A stretch of 64,000 bases of DNA from Octopus vulgaris (lineage: Eukaryota). A program made the translations under genes and the position numbers. Shown in pieces: positions 1-14,540 of the stretch; the first letter of the stretch is position 1; every line of letters starts with the position of its first letter. Under the pieces are notes generated by a model that did no database searches, was not told the DNA's origin, and was given only the letters and a program-made list of their open reading frames with translations. The stretch spans positions 146,878,001-146,942,000 of the forward strand of contig OX597815.1 in the NCBI GenBank assembly GCA_951406725.2, read 5' to 3'.

Positions 1-812
1 ATTTAAGTAATTCAGATACCCCACTCATATTATCATATTTACTTTCAAGTACACATGCGATATAACTATATATCCAGCCAAGCACCGGTGTCTTTTTTTT
101 AAATTTCTAATAGCAGCATTTTGCCAATCAAGTCTACCGAAATTGATTTCGAAAAGACACTGGTCTATAACCTGATTATATATCAGTCTTGCTTCGTATT
201 TCAAGCACCTCTCTAAATAGTGTTTTAATCAGTCTATCAATCTTTTTAAATGTATAGACCAAAGCCGTCGGAGCTTGGCATGGCACAATGCAGTTAGTAT
301 CTACGATGAAGACACCTGACTTTACACTTCATATCTTTGTTTCATTTCCTTCAAGAAGTGAGGAGACGTTCGGCGTAGACCTAGGCTCTCTACTCTATTC
401 AATACCTCATTGTTTTAAGCAGCCCCCGTGCGACTTATACATACATTATAGTTAGGCATGCTATGTAATGAAATATTTTGATACCACATACTTCTTATAG
501 CAGCCAAATACGAGCTTTGTCTCTGTGGTCTGTACTCAGTGTGGCATTTCTAGCTCAGCATTCATTAATTCCGCAAATGGCTAACTAGATGTTTCCCGCG
601 TAATCTAAAATTCCACTACCATTCCTATGCGATTTTGTAATGGCGGAGTTTACAGCTTGCGATTTTGTAATGGGGGGTTTTCACTAACGGTGTTATAGTC
701 TCGAAGACAAGTTTGTATGGTATTCACTCTAAATCCCCTTTCATGCTACAATATTACGATTCTACTGCCCATATATTTTTTTGGACACACAGACATATAT
801 ATATGCAACTAT

Positions 813-1810
<998 letters not shown>

Positions 1811-1943
1811 TGGGCAAGTAGTTTATTTAATTTAGTTTTCTTTTTATCTCCAAGTAACGTAACATCAAAGTGAAGTTGCTGGATATTCCAACATCACGTT
1901 CATGATTGTGGTATTTATTCAATTTTATTTGCTGCATGAGTGT

Positions 1944-1996
<53 letters not shown>

Positions 1997-2334
1997 TGTG
2001 TGCGTGCATACATATGTGTGAGTTTCGATAAATATTTTGTTGCTCACGTTGTTATTGTTTGTCTTATTACTGTTTATGTTTTTTTTAATTTTTGTTGTTG
2101 TTATACTTGATGCTGTTGTTGATATTTTCTGACTACTGACATTTGCTGTACTCCCTTTGTTTCTCTTTCTGTTGTGTTACGTTTGTGTACGTAACATACA
2201 ACGTATACATACATAAACATATACGTATATATATATATATGTATGTATATGTATGTATATATATATATATACATACATATAAGCATATGCATACATATAT
2301 ATAAATATATGTATAAACATAAGCATACATACAT

Positions 2335-2384
<50 letters not shown>

Positions 2385-2533
2385 ACATATACGAAAGAAA
2401 TGTATATATACATTCATATATACATATAGTTTTCACGTTTAGTTATTGATTCCTGTCGCTTTGTTTTTTCCGACTGTTTCTGAAGCTAGCTGATATCAGG
2501 TTTTTCTTTATTATTATTATTTTTATTATTGCT

Positions 2534-2617
<84 letters not shown>
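2534..2617. repeat. (ATC)n microsatellite
   Basis: Direct reading; source of the poly-Ser ORF. Confidence 0.95.
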
Positions 2618-4887
2618 GTATATTTATTTATTTGGCTATTTTCCTAACATTGATGCTCTTGTTTTCATAATCACATACATTTTTTTCCGTTCTCTCCTGT
2701 CGTTTGTTTGTTACCTTTTTTTGCTCTTAATGTCGAAATTTCTGACGGTACTGATCATGATCATGATTATGTTGCTGGTAGTTTCTTTTCGATATATTTT
2801 TCATTTTTTCTGTTGCTTTGTGCAGGTGTTTGAGCTATTGCTCGTCCTGCTGAGCGTGTGTGCGTGATTTTTTTTTTCTCTCTCATCACATGATACATGA
2901 TTTGTTGAAATTGTTGACATTCCGAATATCGTTCTTTCTGACAGTCATTTTTAGATTTCTAATTGTTAGTTGAGTTGCTAGAACGGGAAATCCTCCGTTG
3001 AAATGACTATTATATTATCTTTCGGAAAGTCCTTGCATTCCGGCTTAAAGTATCTTTAGTTTGCCTTTCTTGTTCACTCATAAGTCGAAGAAATAACTAC
3101 CTGTTCTCTGTTGTAATTTTAGTTAATTAAATTAATAAAACTCCTCTGTTACAAAGCTGTCGTATTTTCTCTATGCATCTGTAATGGATTGACCTGTGAA
3201 TTAAAGCTACACTGTCTTTGTTCGCAGTACATGAGGCTACATGATTCAATACATTCTCCATCTTTAATGTGATCGGTTGTGATTTGAGCAACATAATTCA
3301 GATTTTTATAAAAGATCATTAGTTCCCATTACTGATTATGTGTTTTCACAATTATTCCTGTGTACAATATCCCACCCCCAATCCAACATATTCAGAATCT
3401 AAAAAGGAAAGCAAAATATTGTTTAGCTTCCTCTCTTTTAATCTTATTCCTTTGATCAAAGGCTTCAGTGTCCACTCTGCCCACCCAGAATTTTATGAAG
3501 CCTGTACGTCCAATTTGTTTTTTTTTTATGCTTTTAAATTCCCGACTACAAAGTAATTTTTTTTTTCATCATTCTCTTTCCGCAAGTTTGTTTCTTGCAA
3601 GTTATTTGTATGAAACACATGACAGGCTATCAAGTGGTTACATGAAAAATGAAATCATTTATGTGGAAAACGAAACTCAATAGAAATATATTTCAAAAAC
3701 TAAAATCGGTCAAGAGAAAAACAAAGTGTACTTGAAAGACGTCCCCTATATAGTTACAGAGAAACATAATGTGTTCCTGACATTGATGGCTATAAATAAT
3801 ATGTTCAAATACAAGATGTATTTTGAGAAACATTTTCCTTTTTTTACGTTTGTTAAATGTGGGTGGGGGTCAAATACGCGTTACTAATCTCGTTATCAAA
3901 GAAATTAATGTACTAAAATACGATTCTACCTGGATTTGTATGAATTTAAGGGGGCATGGATCTATTGTTTGCATATAAACTAAGTCTCCAATCTCAATCT
4001 GGAAGCTCTACTTAAGGTTATAGAAATTACTCTTGTTTTTCTGACTAAGCCAAAATCAAAACCACCTTCAGAATGTTTGGGCTAAAATTTTATTATATCC
4101 AATGCAATGTTGCCCCGGATCAACGTGTGACTTTTAGGAGACAACTCCGAAGCTTGCAGCTTGTCGCTCAACCTGCCACATGTCCTTAAATTCAGAACTA
4201 TCAGTCTCCTAAAATTTTAGGTATTTTGCATTATGTCATTCTCGATGCACTATGACAGAAATATAAGGGAAAATGTCAGGATGGTCACATTTGAAACATT
4301 TTCTCAACAAGAATAACAATAACAATAGTTGTTTTTATACATGCTACAAAGTGCCGAGCCTAATGTTTTATTTCAAATGATAACTTTTATGGAACACATT
4401 GTTTCTTTTAATATTTTTTCTCCGTTTTGTTATTGGTTATACTATATTTTTCTGGTATTACGCCTGCTGCAGATATTTCTTGTGTCAATGTGTTTGTAAA
4501 TAGTCATTATATTCTTTCTTCTCTATCGTGCTGCGTTTTCGCTTGTTGTTAATGAAGTTTCTAGTAGCTTTTTTTCCCATGAAGACAATATGTAATCGAA
4601 TTAAGACCTATTTCTACCAAGAAGTCGTGTCATCGTCTAGTGAATACACCACGCGAAGCTAACGGGGAAATAAATACAGAGAACTCAAATAGAAATATAC
4701 AAAAACGCATCGTGATAGTTGTTTTTTTTAAATTAAATAATTAAGTAAATAAGCTAATATGAATGAAATAACTACCATGGCTTATTCTTTGTTTTAGAAA
4801 CTTGAATGTGATAGATACCTAGAGTTACAACCATTAATATTGTTGTTACTCCTTTCTTTTATCATCAAATTAATTTGAACCAAACTC

Positions 4888-4933
<46 letters not shown>

Positions 4934-4954
4934 TTAATAATAATAATAACAACA

Positions 4955-5035
4955 ACAGCAAATCACAGCACATACCCAAGGCACACAGAGCTGCGCTCGG
5001 TAGTGAAGTGTAAGCACATTATAAAAATAAAACTA

Positions 5036-5040
<5 letters not shown>
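4955..5040 (+). mobile_element. Short, probably 5'-truncated retroposon 3' end ending in (TAA)n
   Basis: Unique 85-bp segment flanked on both sides by TAA repeats; LINE origin is inference. Confidence 0.4.
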
Positions 5041-5091
<51 letters not shown>

Positions 5092-5931
5092 TAATAATAA
5101 TAATAATAATAATAATTATTATTATTATTATTATAATTATTATTATTATTATTATTATTCTTTGGAGAACAATGCTCCTGAAACCACCACCATCAACAGC
5201 AAAAACAACGACTCAGATACTCACAAGCTTCGGTTAGTTTTATCCACCTCTCAATGATACCCTGGGGAATGACATGGAGAATAGGCCGAAACAGCAAAAG
5301 GCAGAAAACGAAAGAGTAGGAAATTATAGAGCGCCATTTGAGGACACAACAAAAGCAACACAAATGACACATCTACAGCCCTTTCATACCCATTCCAACC
5401 ACAGCAAAATAGGATCCCATCAACGAAAACACAAAATTACACAAACACATTTATAACAACCGAAACTGAAAAACAACAAAACAACAAAACTTAAACTGTA
5501 GCACGATAAGTATTCATCGATTTTATTGTCTTAAGCAAAACAACTTAGATTTCGATGGCATTTCTAACCAGAGATAATAAACATTCGTTTCGATATGCAA
5601 CATCCTTTTTCGAGCCCCAAATCGAATTAGTGATGGCGGCTTTCACATTTGACAACGTTGTAACTTTTTCACTTTTGTTGTTATTGTTGTTGTTGTTGTT
5701 CTTCTTCTTCTTGTTCTTGTTCTTGTTCTTCTTCTTATTATTATTATTACTATTATTTAATACGTCACGCAGCATCCAATATGGTGATGTTGTTGATTGA
5801 AAATGTTGTGTGTACCGGGGGTTTGTATTGTCTGTCAAGTTACAAGGACCCTATTATTCTTATTCTTATCCTCCTCCCCCTTCCTTCTTCTTCTTCTTAT
5901 TATTATTATTATTAATAGTAGTAGTAGTAGC

Positions 5932-5977
<46 letters not shown>

Positions 5978-6039
5978 TCGTTATTATTATAATTGTTCTT
6001 TCATATGTGCACAACAGATTAAACTTTAGAATAGAAAAA

Positions 6040-6295
6040 TTCATGACATGAAGCTACAACAATGATATCAAGAGCTATGCTAAGTATCCTAGCTGTCTCT
6101 AATAATTCTGTTTTCTGTAGCTGCACTAAATTAATGCTATTTCCTTTAGTAATAGTTCCTAAAGCACCTTTACCTACATGGATACATCTTACCCGCACTT
6201 TCCATAATCTTTATAACTGAATGGCTCGGCCCTAGTATTTTGCAATATTGCTCTATAAATCTCATATTCATTTTCTCACTGTTTCTCATTATTTG
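6040..6295 (-). mobile_element. Dong/R4-like (RLE) non-LTR retrotransposon 3' fragment
   Basis: Reverse complement aligns by eye to 41450-41666 (AGATTATGGAAAGTG..GGTAA.ATGTATCC; TTTAGT.CAGCT.CAGAAAACAG..TTATTAG.GACA.CTAGGATACTTAG); flanked by TAA-type arrays. Confidence 0.8.
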
Positions 6296-6317
6296 AGACT
6301 GTAAAGGAAACTATCTC

Positions 6318-6372
<55 letters not shown>

Positions 6373-6392
6373 TTTTATCATGATTATTGTTA

Positions 6393-6495
<103 letters not shown>

Positions 6496-6938
6496 CATCA
6501 TTTCAAAATCATTATTATGTTAATGTTTTATCATTACATGTAGCATTATTTTGATTGTTTTTGTTATGAAATCTCACACATTTTTTATTTATTTTGTCTC
6601 ATTTTAGCTGAATGCGAAGCAGAGTACCTGTCGCAAATTATGCACTCGAATAAGAGATCTAGATTTACTAACATTTCTGGAAGCCTTTGAAAGTAAACAA
6701 GAATTGGCTCCCATATCTATCACCATTGTTAATTACTACTAATCCTTACTCTATAACAGTTACTGATTAATTAAGCAGAAACCACAAAATACTGCAAGAG
6801 ATAAACTATATGTTATGTGATGTTTTGCAGGAAAATGCTGGAGAAACAATAATAAAAAGCAAATGACAAAAAAAAAAACAATAATTTTAGAATTAGTGTC
6901 AGATGCTAATTTGATACAAAACATTTAGGTCAGATATA

Positions 6939-7240
6939 TACTAGCTGACCCCGTGACGTCAAAAATGACGGCTAATTATAGTATTTTATATATAAATAAG
7001 CTACAAAATAAGGTACATAATAATCACAGATACAAACATTAACATATTTCCCTTGAACATGCACACACACATGCACACACACACACACACGTACACACAT
7101 ACACATGCATACGCAAATAGAGTTGAAATCCTGTTTGTTTTCGCTTTTTAGCGTTGAATGTTCACCATCCCATTTCCATTGTACACGCACACACACACAT
7201 ACACACATTCACATACCTTCCTTTTACTTATACACACATA
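6939..7240 (+). mobile_element. Possible non-autonomous Helitron/Helentron-like (DINE-1/HINE-type) remnant
   Basis: Starts TACTAGCTGACCCCGTGACGTC...GACGG (short terminal hairpin) and contains CA microsatellite; similar start at 39066. Confidence 0.35.
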
Positions 7241-7501
7241 TAATCACAGCCAGTTGAAACGCTGATTTCGTTTCACCCCCTCCTTCCTTATTCATCTATC
7301 ACCTCTTTTCTCATTCATATGTTGTGACGGAGAAAAGGGAAGATAAACGACGCGCTCTTTGCCATTTTCTTTTTTCTAATTGCTATTACTTTCTCTCAAT
7401 CTCCCTCAGTCAGGGTTAATACTTTCACTACTTCACTGAATTACTATTTTCTCTCGTCTCCCTTCACTTATACTACTCTTTCTCCTACTACCTGATTTTG
7501 G

Positions 7502-7549
<48 letters not shown>

Positions 7550-7551
<2 letters not shown>

Positions 7552-7703
7552 TTATTTAAAGCAGCAGAAAATTCAACAAAATCTGTTACTCAGAGTAACA
7601 GATTTTGTTGAATTTTCTGCTGCTTTAAATAAAGCATATTACTCTACCACTGGTATTTGAGTACTCTTTTTTCCACCTTGTTTCACATTTATGTGTTTAC
7701 TCC

Positions 7704-7706
<3 letters not shown>
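7550..7706 (+). mobile_element. Penelope-type pLTR fragment with perfect 42-bp fold-back (7550-7591 / 7593-7634), inserted in (TA)n
   Basis: Perfect inverted repeat with 1-nt loop; right arm matches 22195-22236 with one mismatch. Confidence 0.75.
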
Positions 7707-7744
<38 letters not shown>

Positions 7745-7747
<3 letters not shown>

Positions 7748-8094
7748 TTCCAAGAAAGTTAGAGGTTGTGAATCCAACCAACTAAGGGATAATATCTACC
7801 CAATATACTGCTGGCAGAATAACCAATTATTAGTACACAAGCGTTTTTATTGCATTGCAGTTACATTACCTAGTGTACTACATGGGTGAAGGTAAAGAAA
7901 TATTTTACCTTTAATTTATAGAGCAATAAGAAAATGGAGGGGATCAATAGGTGATTCATCAACTTTTAGAGGCATTATATTACGTCAACTTTTTTTATTT
8001 ATTTACTAAACTGAGAGTAAATAAATAAACAGGTTGACATTATTCTAAAAGTTAATGAATCACCTATTGATCCCCTCCATTTTCTTATTGCTCT
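7745..8094. mobile_element. Repeat fragment with ~175-bp imperfect fold-back (outer arms 7920-7970 / 8044-8094)
   Basis: 51-bp arms with one mismatch plus inner TTATTTATTTACT/AGTAAATAAATAA arms; flanked by (TA)n and (CT)n. Confidence 0.65.
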
Positions 8095-8489
8095 TTCTCT
8101 CCCTCTCTCTCTCTCTCTCTCTTTCTTTCTTTGTATATATGTACATATATATATATATACAATACAAAATTGGACAACGCAAAATATCCAGACAGTTTGG
8201 GAATACAAAAAAAAAAGACAACAAAACATCCAGATAGACAATACATAGAAAAATGACGGTCATTCGAAGTTTTCTTTCCTCAGTCAAGTTCCAGATTATC
8301 TTTGCAATGTCGGGTGGTTATACTCGGGATTGTTACATACGAGCGCGTCGTGTATCGTCTGGTTTTTTTGCGCCACAACATATGAATGAGAAAGGAGGAA
8401 GTTGATGAATAACGAAGGAAGGGATGAAAAAAAAAACAGCATTTCAACTGGGTATGAGTATATGTCTGTATATGTATCTATCTATCTGC

Positions 8490-8523
<34 letters not shown>

Positions 8524-8524
8524 C

Positions 8525-8638
<114 letters not shown>

Positions 8639-8643
8639 GAGAG

Positions 8644-8681
<38 letters not shown>

Positions 8682-8690
8682 ATAGATATA

Positions 8691-8764
8691 TAGATATGTT
8701 TCTTTATTAGCCACACAGGGCTTGTTCTATCTGTGTGCAGCCCTGTGTGGCTAATAAAGAAACA

Positions 8765-8770
<6 letters not shown>
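8691..8770. repeat. Fold-back of a SINE-like 3' tail: perfect 32-bp arms, 16-nt loop
   Basis: TAGATATGTTTCTTTATTAGCCACACAGGGCT / its reverse complement; resembles the SINE tails at 32290-32330 and 32475-32510. Confidence 0.7.
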
Positions 8771-8811
<41 letters not shown>

Positions 8812-8816
8812 ATATG

Positions 8817-8848
<32 letters not shown>

Positions 8849-9068
8849 AACACTACGCTCATTATTATATTTGGAGATAGAAACGAGAATATAATTTGTG
8901 ACATCAACATGTTTTACCAGCAGCTGTACATTTTCTTTTCTGCATTTTACAAAGATTCCATTTAATTTTTAAGCTTATAAATCTCAGGATCTCACTATTG
9001 TTGAAATGTTATCCTTTTACTCTATATTTCTCACTTATGACTGCAATGATTCTCATCATTTAATATCA

Positions 9069-9338
9069 TCAAATGCAGTCGTCCTTATAGTGAACACAAA
9101 CAAAACGAGACCCAAAATATCCGAGTATACATTCATCATCATGAACACCAACGTCGTCGAGATAAACATTATGGATTTGGACTGAGTTTCCTCGCCTGTC
9201 CATGACCTTCATGTGTTTTAACACTCTGCGCTTTGAGGGAGGGACCTCCACCACGCTGTACCGAAGCCTACCGGCCAGCACACTTTCCGGGTGAGCTACG
9301 TATGTGTGTTTAATAATGTTTCTTCGATGGCGTTGTTT
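9069..9338 (-). CDS. Candidate terminal coding exon of an unidentified gene (KQRHRRNIIKHTYVAHPESVLAGRLRYSVVEVPPSKRRVLKHMKVMDRRGNSVQIHNVYLDDVGVHDDECILGYFGSRFVCVHYKDDCI*)
   Basis: 89 open codons of complex sequence, GC clearly above flanks; AG acceptor at 9340-9339 (alternative at 9297-9296); TGA stop at 9071-9069; no TE motif recognised. Confidence 0.5.
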   Translation of the reverse strand, partial: KQRHRRNIIKHTYVAHPESVLAGRLRYSVVEVPPSKRRVLKHMKVMDRRGNSVQIHNVYLDDVGVHDDECILGYFGSRFVCVHYKDDCI

Positions 9339-9529
9339 CTATTAAATATTTAAATTTACTCTTACGTATGCATTGTCGGATCATACCTGCGCATAATTTT
9401 TATTATATATGCATATAAGTCCTAGACTGGTGGTACGATTAATCTGCGATACGGTTCGATTACGTTATGTTGATAAGCACAGACATAGCGTAACTTGGAT
9501 ATACGTCCTTCTTGAAGGTTTTGGATGTA

Positions 9530-9640
9530 CATCTCTCAGAAGGTTTTGGTTTGCCCTAGGGTATAGTAGAAGACACTTGCCTAGTGAGAATGAATTCGGA
9601 ACCATAAGGTTAGGAAGCAAACTTCTCTACCACGCAGTCA
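9530..9640 (-). mobile_element. tRNA-derived SINE 5' fragment (CORE-like family)
   Basis: TAGTAGAAGACACTTGCC...GGAAGCAA motif shared with 27795-27895 and 55860-56030. Confidence 0.65.
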
Positions 9641-9997
9641 CAAAGAGTTCGTGTATATCAATATACCAAAATTGAGGATGGGCTTTCAGCTACTTATTTA
9701 CTTCCTTGTTAAAACCCAATATTGTGAGGTATCAGTGCGGTTTAGATATTCTGTGCAAACATGGGCCTAGGCTACGTTTTGGTAGATGTAGAAGAAATAT
9801 TTATTGCTTGTAACTCTTGCTTTTAATGCTTTGATTTTTTTTCATTCTTACGTGGTCTTATTTGAGCACCATTATCTGGTAAATGTATGTATGGCTGCAC
9901 ACACACATATTTGTGTGCATGTGTGTGTGTGTGTGTGCGTGTCTGTAAGTTTCAGTGTGTGTGGCATCAAATGTGACATAGAACCAATTGAAAATAT

Positions 9998-10040
<43 letters not shown>

Positions 10041-10190
10041 TTGTGTGTGGGGGTATAAATACACGTACATATAATATGTGTGCGTGTGTGTGTGTGTGCA
10101 TGTGTGTCCGTGCGTGTGTCTATGTGCGTGCGTGTCTGTGAGTATTAGTGTGTGTGGCATCAGATGTGACATAAAATCAATAGCAAACAT

Positions 10191-10261
<71 letters not shown>

Positions 10262-12539
10262 GTCTGTGTAGGTATGAATACACGCACACGTATATATGCA
10301 TATATATCGTTACATACACTCACACTAATACACACACACACACACACACACACACATCAGAGTATAATTTTTGTTTGTAGCAGTCAGGTGCACGTAGTGC
10401 GCTCCTTAGATTATTAGAAGTACAAAGAGAATTTTTAATATATTTTACTGTTTATATACACCATAGCACAGCGGGTGATGATGTACACAAACAGCCAAGA
10501 AATGTATAACTAAGTATAATTTCCTATGTAGATATATTTACAGAAGGGCACAAGCCAATAATCGAGTTTCAAGCTGAACTCTTATTTTCACACTCGGAAT
10601 TAAGCTGGTGCTGCAATGTAAATCTAAAATATTTCAAACAGACACAAAAATATGTTTTGTGCAATATTTTGAGTGGATGAACTAAATGACATTTAAAAAT
10701 TAAACATACAGATTCGTTATAGAGATAAAGATGTAAAGAGAAATACAAGTAATCTGATAAACGGAATCATAATTGTTGCGTGAATTACTGTGTTCATCAA
10801 TCTTGAATTTTAAGGGAAATAAAGCGTGACTCAGATTTTCTAGTAATCATTTGCTATAACCAGATATGTTTTCGAGAATTTTAACAATTATTCTCGGCTA
10901 ATTTGTGTTGAATCTTGTTACTAAAAGAGCTACATCTCAAAATTTTCGCATATGTGTGTCATATATTTTTGGCAGCCATTTCTGCTGTTGGATATTTTCA
11001 TTTGTAAAACTCTGTTTGCATGAATTTTGCCGATATTCATTTGAAGTTTTCCATCTAGCTGCTGATTACTGCAAAAAACTAAATTTGATTTCTGAAACAA
11101 TCATAGTCTTTTAACCACTTTGCACGGATTTTTTTTTTTTTTTGTGCAGTAGGGTTATTTTATGAAAAGTTGCACGTCAACTGATAAGGTGATTTTACTA
11201 AATAATAAATTTCGCTTCTTCAGATGTGTCATTGCACATAGATGAAGCGACAATGTCGGCAACATATAAAAAACAACCTCTAAATAAACAACCTGAAGAG
11301 AGGTAATCCAATGAACAACTATAGAGAAAGCTACGTAAATCTATCTTTCACTTTAAAGTCCTATACAAATATCTGGCCAATCAATATATTAATGTGATGA
11401 GATAATACTCACTCCTTAAACTAGAATCACTCTGTGTATTCGACTCATTCCCTACATTATCTTTTGAGTCGCTAGAGTCACAAAAAGAAACTGATACATT
11501 TAAATGTTTCATAGATGCTAACATATGTAGATTTATTTATGTGCCTGGATATTCAACACAACATATTCATATGATATTGTATACTTCGGGGGTTGAAAAT
11601 TCAGAGAATCGTAACAAGTACGTTTTGCTTAAAATGAAATTAAGATATTAAAATAGGATGCTGATTTTATGTAACAGGCCCAGCGGCATTTTTATTTTTT
11701 GAAGAACCAGATTATTATTGATTGAATCGACTTACACGTATTCATTGCAAAATGAAAGGCACAAAGATAATATAAAAGAATTTTTGATAAGGGGTGGGAA
11801 ATATACATTAGAAGATGAGTTGTAAATTCGAATTCAATATAGATCAAAAGTAGTACAATTATCAGCTTAAAGATGCTATTAATGACTACTGCTGTAATGT
11901 CCTCATCGTAGCATAGAGTTACTGAGAACAAATATGATGGAAATAGAGAAATAGCTAAGTACCTAAGATGGCAAATATTTCTATATAATAATGCTTTTGA
12001 ATTGAGACAAAAGAAACGCAATAAATAGATTGAAAAGATGTTTGAAATCGGGTAAGGAATTGATAAAGCTTAGAAACATACGAGATAAAAAAAAAAGAAA
12101 ACAAACATCAAGAACATTACCTTTATTCATAAAAATGACTGAAACAATATCAAAATGTTTTAAGAGAGAAAGATAGAGGGAGAGAGATAGCGGAAGCGCA
12201 TCATATATAATGAGCGGAACTTTTGTCGTTTCTCATATCTTATTTAACATAATAAATCAAAGAGAAAGGTTAGCAGGATAACTAAATCACAATTGAATGC
12301 TCACATAAACGAGTACAATTGGAGAGTCACCGACACAATGATGCTACCCACCCGCGGTCAATCGATTTTTTTTAGAAATAGTAGCTATAGCATACCGTTA
12401 TGATAATATGATAGTAAAAGTAGATAGTATTGTTCGCAAAAGGAGAAAAAAGGAAAATGAAAGAAAGAAAAGAAAACTCTGCTGAAAATTGTGACGGGCT
12501 TTAAACAGTTGGTAATGCATTTAGGACTAAATTAATGTG

Positions 12540-12740
12540 ACGAGTTAGCAGAGTTATTAGCACTCTGGATAAAATGTTTAGTGGCATTTCGTCCGTCTTT
12601 ACTTTTGGGATCAAATGTCGCCGAGGTCGACTTTGCCTACCCTCCTCTCGGGGTCGAAAAAATATGTACGATTTGAACACTGGGATCGATGAAATCAACT
12701 CCTCACCCCTGAAATTGCTGGCCTTGTGCCAATATTAGAG
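12540..12740 (+). mobile_element. tRNA-derived SINE with central GCCGAGGTCGACTTTGCC...GGGGTCGA domain
   Basis: Homologous to reverse complements at 17600-17802, 32290-32595 and 42848-43010. Confidence 0.7.
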
Positions 12741-13796
12741 GCCATATATTTATGTCTAAATAACAAACAAGCAAGCACTAAATAACAAACAAACAGGCAA
12801 GAAATGGACACTGTAGCTTATTTTGGCTTGTTAACAACAGTAGCTGTGCACAATCAGCAAGCGTTTCGTTAGAATACACTGCTAAATACAACAGGTAGGG
12901 GGCTGAATAAGGCAAACAAAGAAGATCTCTACTGTTTGGTTGAAATATTTATATATCTTAGACTTGCTTTTTGATTAAGAATCTGTTCCTATTTACGAGC
13001 TGCTTGTGATGGATGATATTCAACAAAGATAACCTCGGCTCCTGAGAATTAAGCAAGAAAATAGATGCGATACATCGTTACACAAAAGAACTAATAATAG
13101 GAACTAACTGGAAATTGACGAGTTTTGTGATAATTTATAATGCAGAGACCTAATCTGTCTGCATGATGATGAATGAGCGCAATTTAGAAAACGGATATAG
13201 TTGTGAAGTAAACAGACTTATTATGTAGAAATAAGGTTAGTTAAGATATATGGTAGAGAATTCTTTACGTTTCGAATCCAATATCGGAATAAAAAAATAT
13301 TGTTGTACAACTAATCATTGCTGTCTTCTCTTGAAAAGGCTATTGATATGTGAAAGTATTTGCTTCTGATTTAATAAAATCGTGTTCGTAATTATAACAA
13401 TTTACTCTGATGTATGATGAATGTTATATAACGTTATAATTGTGATTGGCAAAAATGGACGCATTGAATAAATTGGAATTCAGAATTTAATTACGTTCCC
13501 TTAAATTCTATGTTCGAATCACTCAAAAAACGAATTTTTCATCATAATTCTAGGGGCGATATAATATATACATGTACCGGATTGAAGTTAATTAAAATAG
13601 CTACAAACCAATCATCAGATGTTTGGAAGAGTTAAAAATCAAAATATCAAACAGCTATTATTTCACATGAATGACATTTAGATTCATACAACAACTTTGT
13701 TTTTAAGATTAATTCGTATTTTCTAGACACTCTAGCTTATTTATAGATGCTCTTCATGGTCTTTATATTATTTTATTCCCCCATGTCTAAAATTAC

Positions 13797-13924
13797 GTCA
13801 GTTTTGTCTGGCTTTTAGTCATCTTCCAGTTCACGCTTTTCTTGTCCTCTTCTTGTAATTGCAAATTCTTATCTCGAACTCTCTTCATCTATTTCGTTGT
13901 AAACGGACACGCTTGTCCAATGCA
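13797..13924 (-). CDS. Weak candidate first coding exon (ATG 13888; MKRVRDKNLQLQEEDKKSVNWKMTKSQTKL)
   Basis: Pyrimidine-rich acceptor TTCTCATTTCCACTGCATAG, donor GTAATT, same strand as 9069-9338; phases do not join directly. Confidence 0.2.
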
Positions 13925-14189
13925 CTATGCAGTGGAAATGAGAATAGAACCGTGGTTTCTATAATTTCTATGTAGAAATACACACTACACATACACACAC
14001 ACACACACACAAACACTCGCAAAAGCACAAATAAAAACAGAAACACACACACACGCATAAATACAGACACATACACACAAACGCACGCATGCACATTGAC
14101 ATTGATATGCTTGTGTATGCATTTGTGTTAATGCACCTGTATGTGTGTGTGCTTTTATGTGTGTGTTTTTGATTCAGCGTTACCCAAAT

Positions 14190-14540
14190 ACAACGAGTCT
14201 CTGGCAGCTGAATTCCGAATATCAAAAACTAAAATTAGCGAGTATCTCAAGGCCACAGTTAGAGTCAAGATGTCCATGTAGGGTTAATCACAGTTCCTTG
14301 CTTAGAGTCAAAGAGAGGCAGAATTTTGCAATGGTAGACGCCTATGTGAAGATCAAAAATAGAATCAACGCCATAAAAGTCAATTGGAAATTTCAATAAA
14401 GATCTGAAACCTGTCTAAATGAAATTAAGTATTGCAAGCTTTGCGTAGGAAAAGGAGAATCATTTTCAAATTCCACATGATCCGAATGCTTTTCTGAACT
14501 TAAAAGCCGAAATATTAGGATGCTACCCTTATGAATGAAA
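14190..14540 (+). mobile_element. Degraded Penelope-like element, GIY-YIG endonuclease C-terminal remnant
   Basis: Translates across frameshifts to KVNWKFQ..SETCLNEIKYCKLCV...DPNAFLNLKAEILGC, matching the W-K-I / C-x-L-C / LN-x-x-x-E pattern of PLE endonucleases and of 27100-27690. Confidence 0.6.

Noticed and set aside
8160-8335. Possible further PLE pLTR fragment on minus strand
   Set aside because: No hammerhead core or NUH site identifiable in this copy
11224-11302. Plus-strand exon-like segment with good AG/GT sites (VSLHIDEATMSATYKKQPLNKQPEE)
   Set aside because: Short, no homology recognised, no partner exons; such sites arise by chance
11692-12021. 109-aa hydrophobic ORF
   Set aside because: Composition reflects T-rich DNA; no motif or splice support
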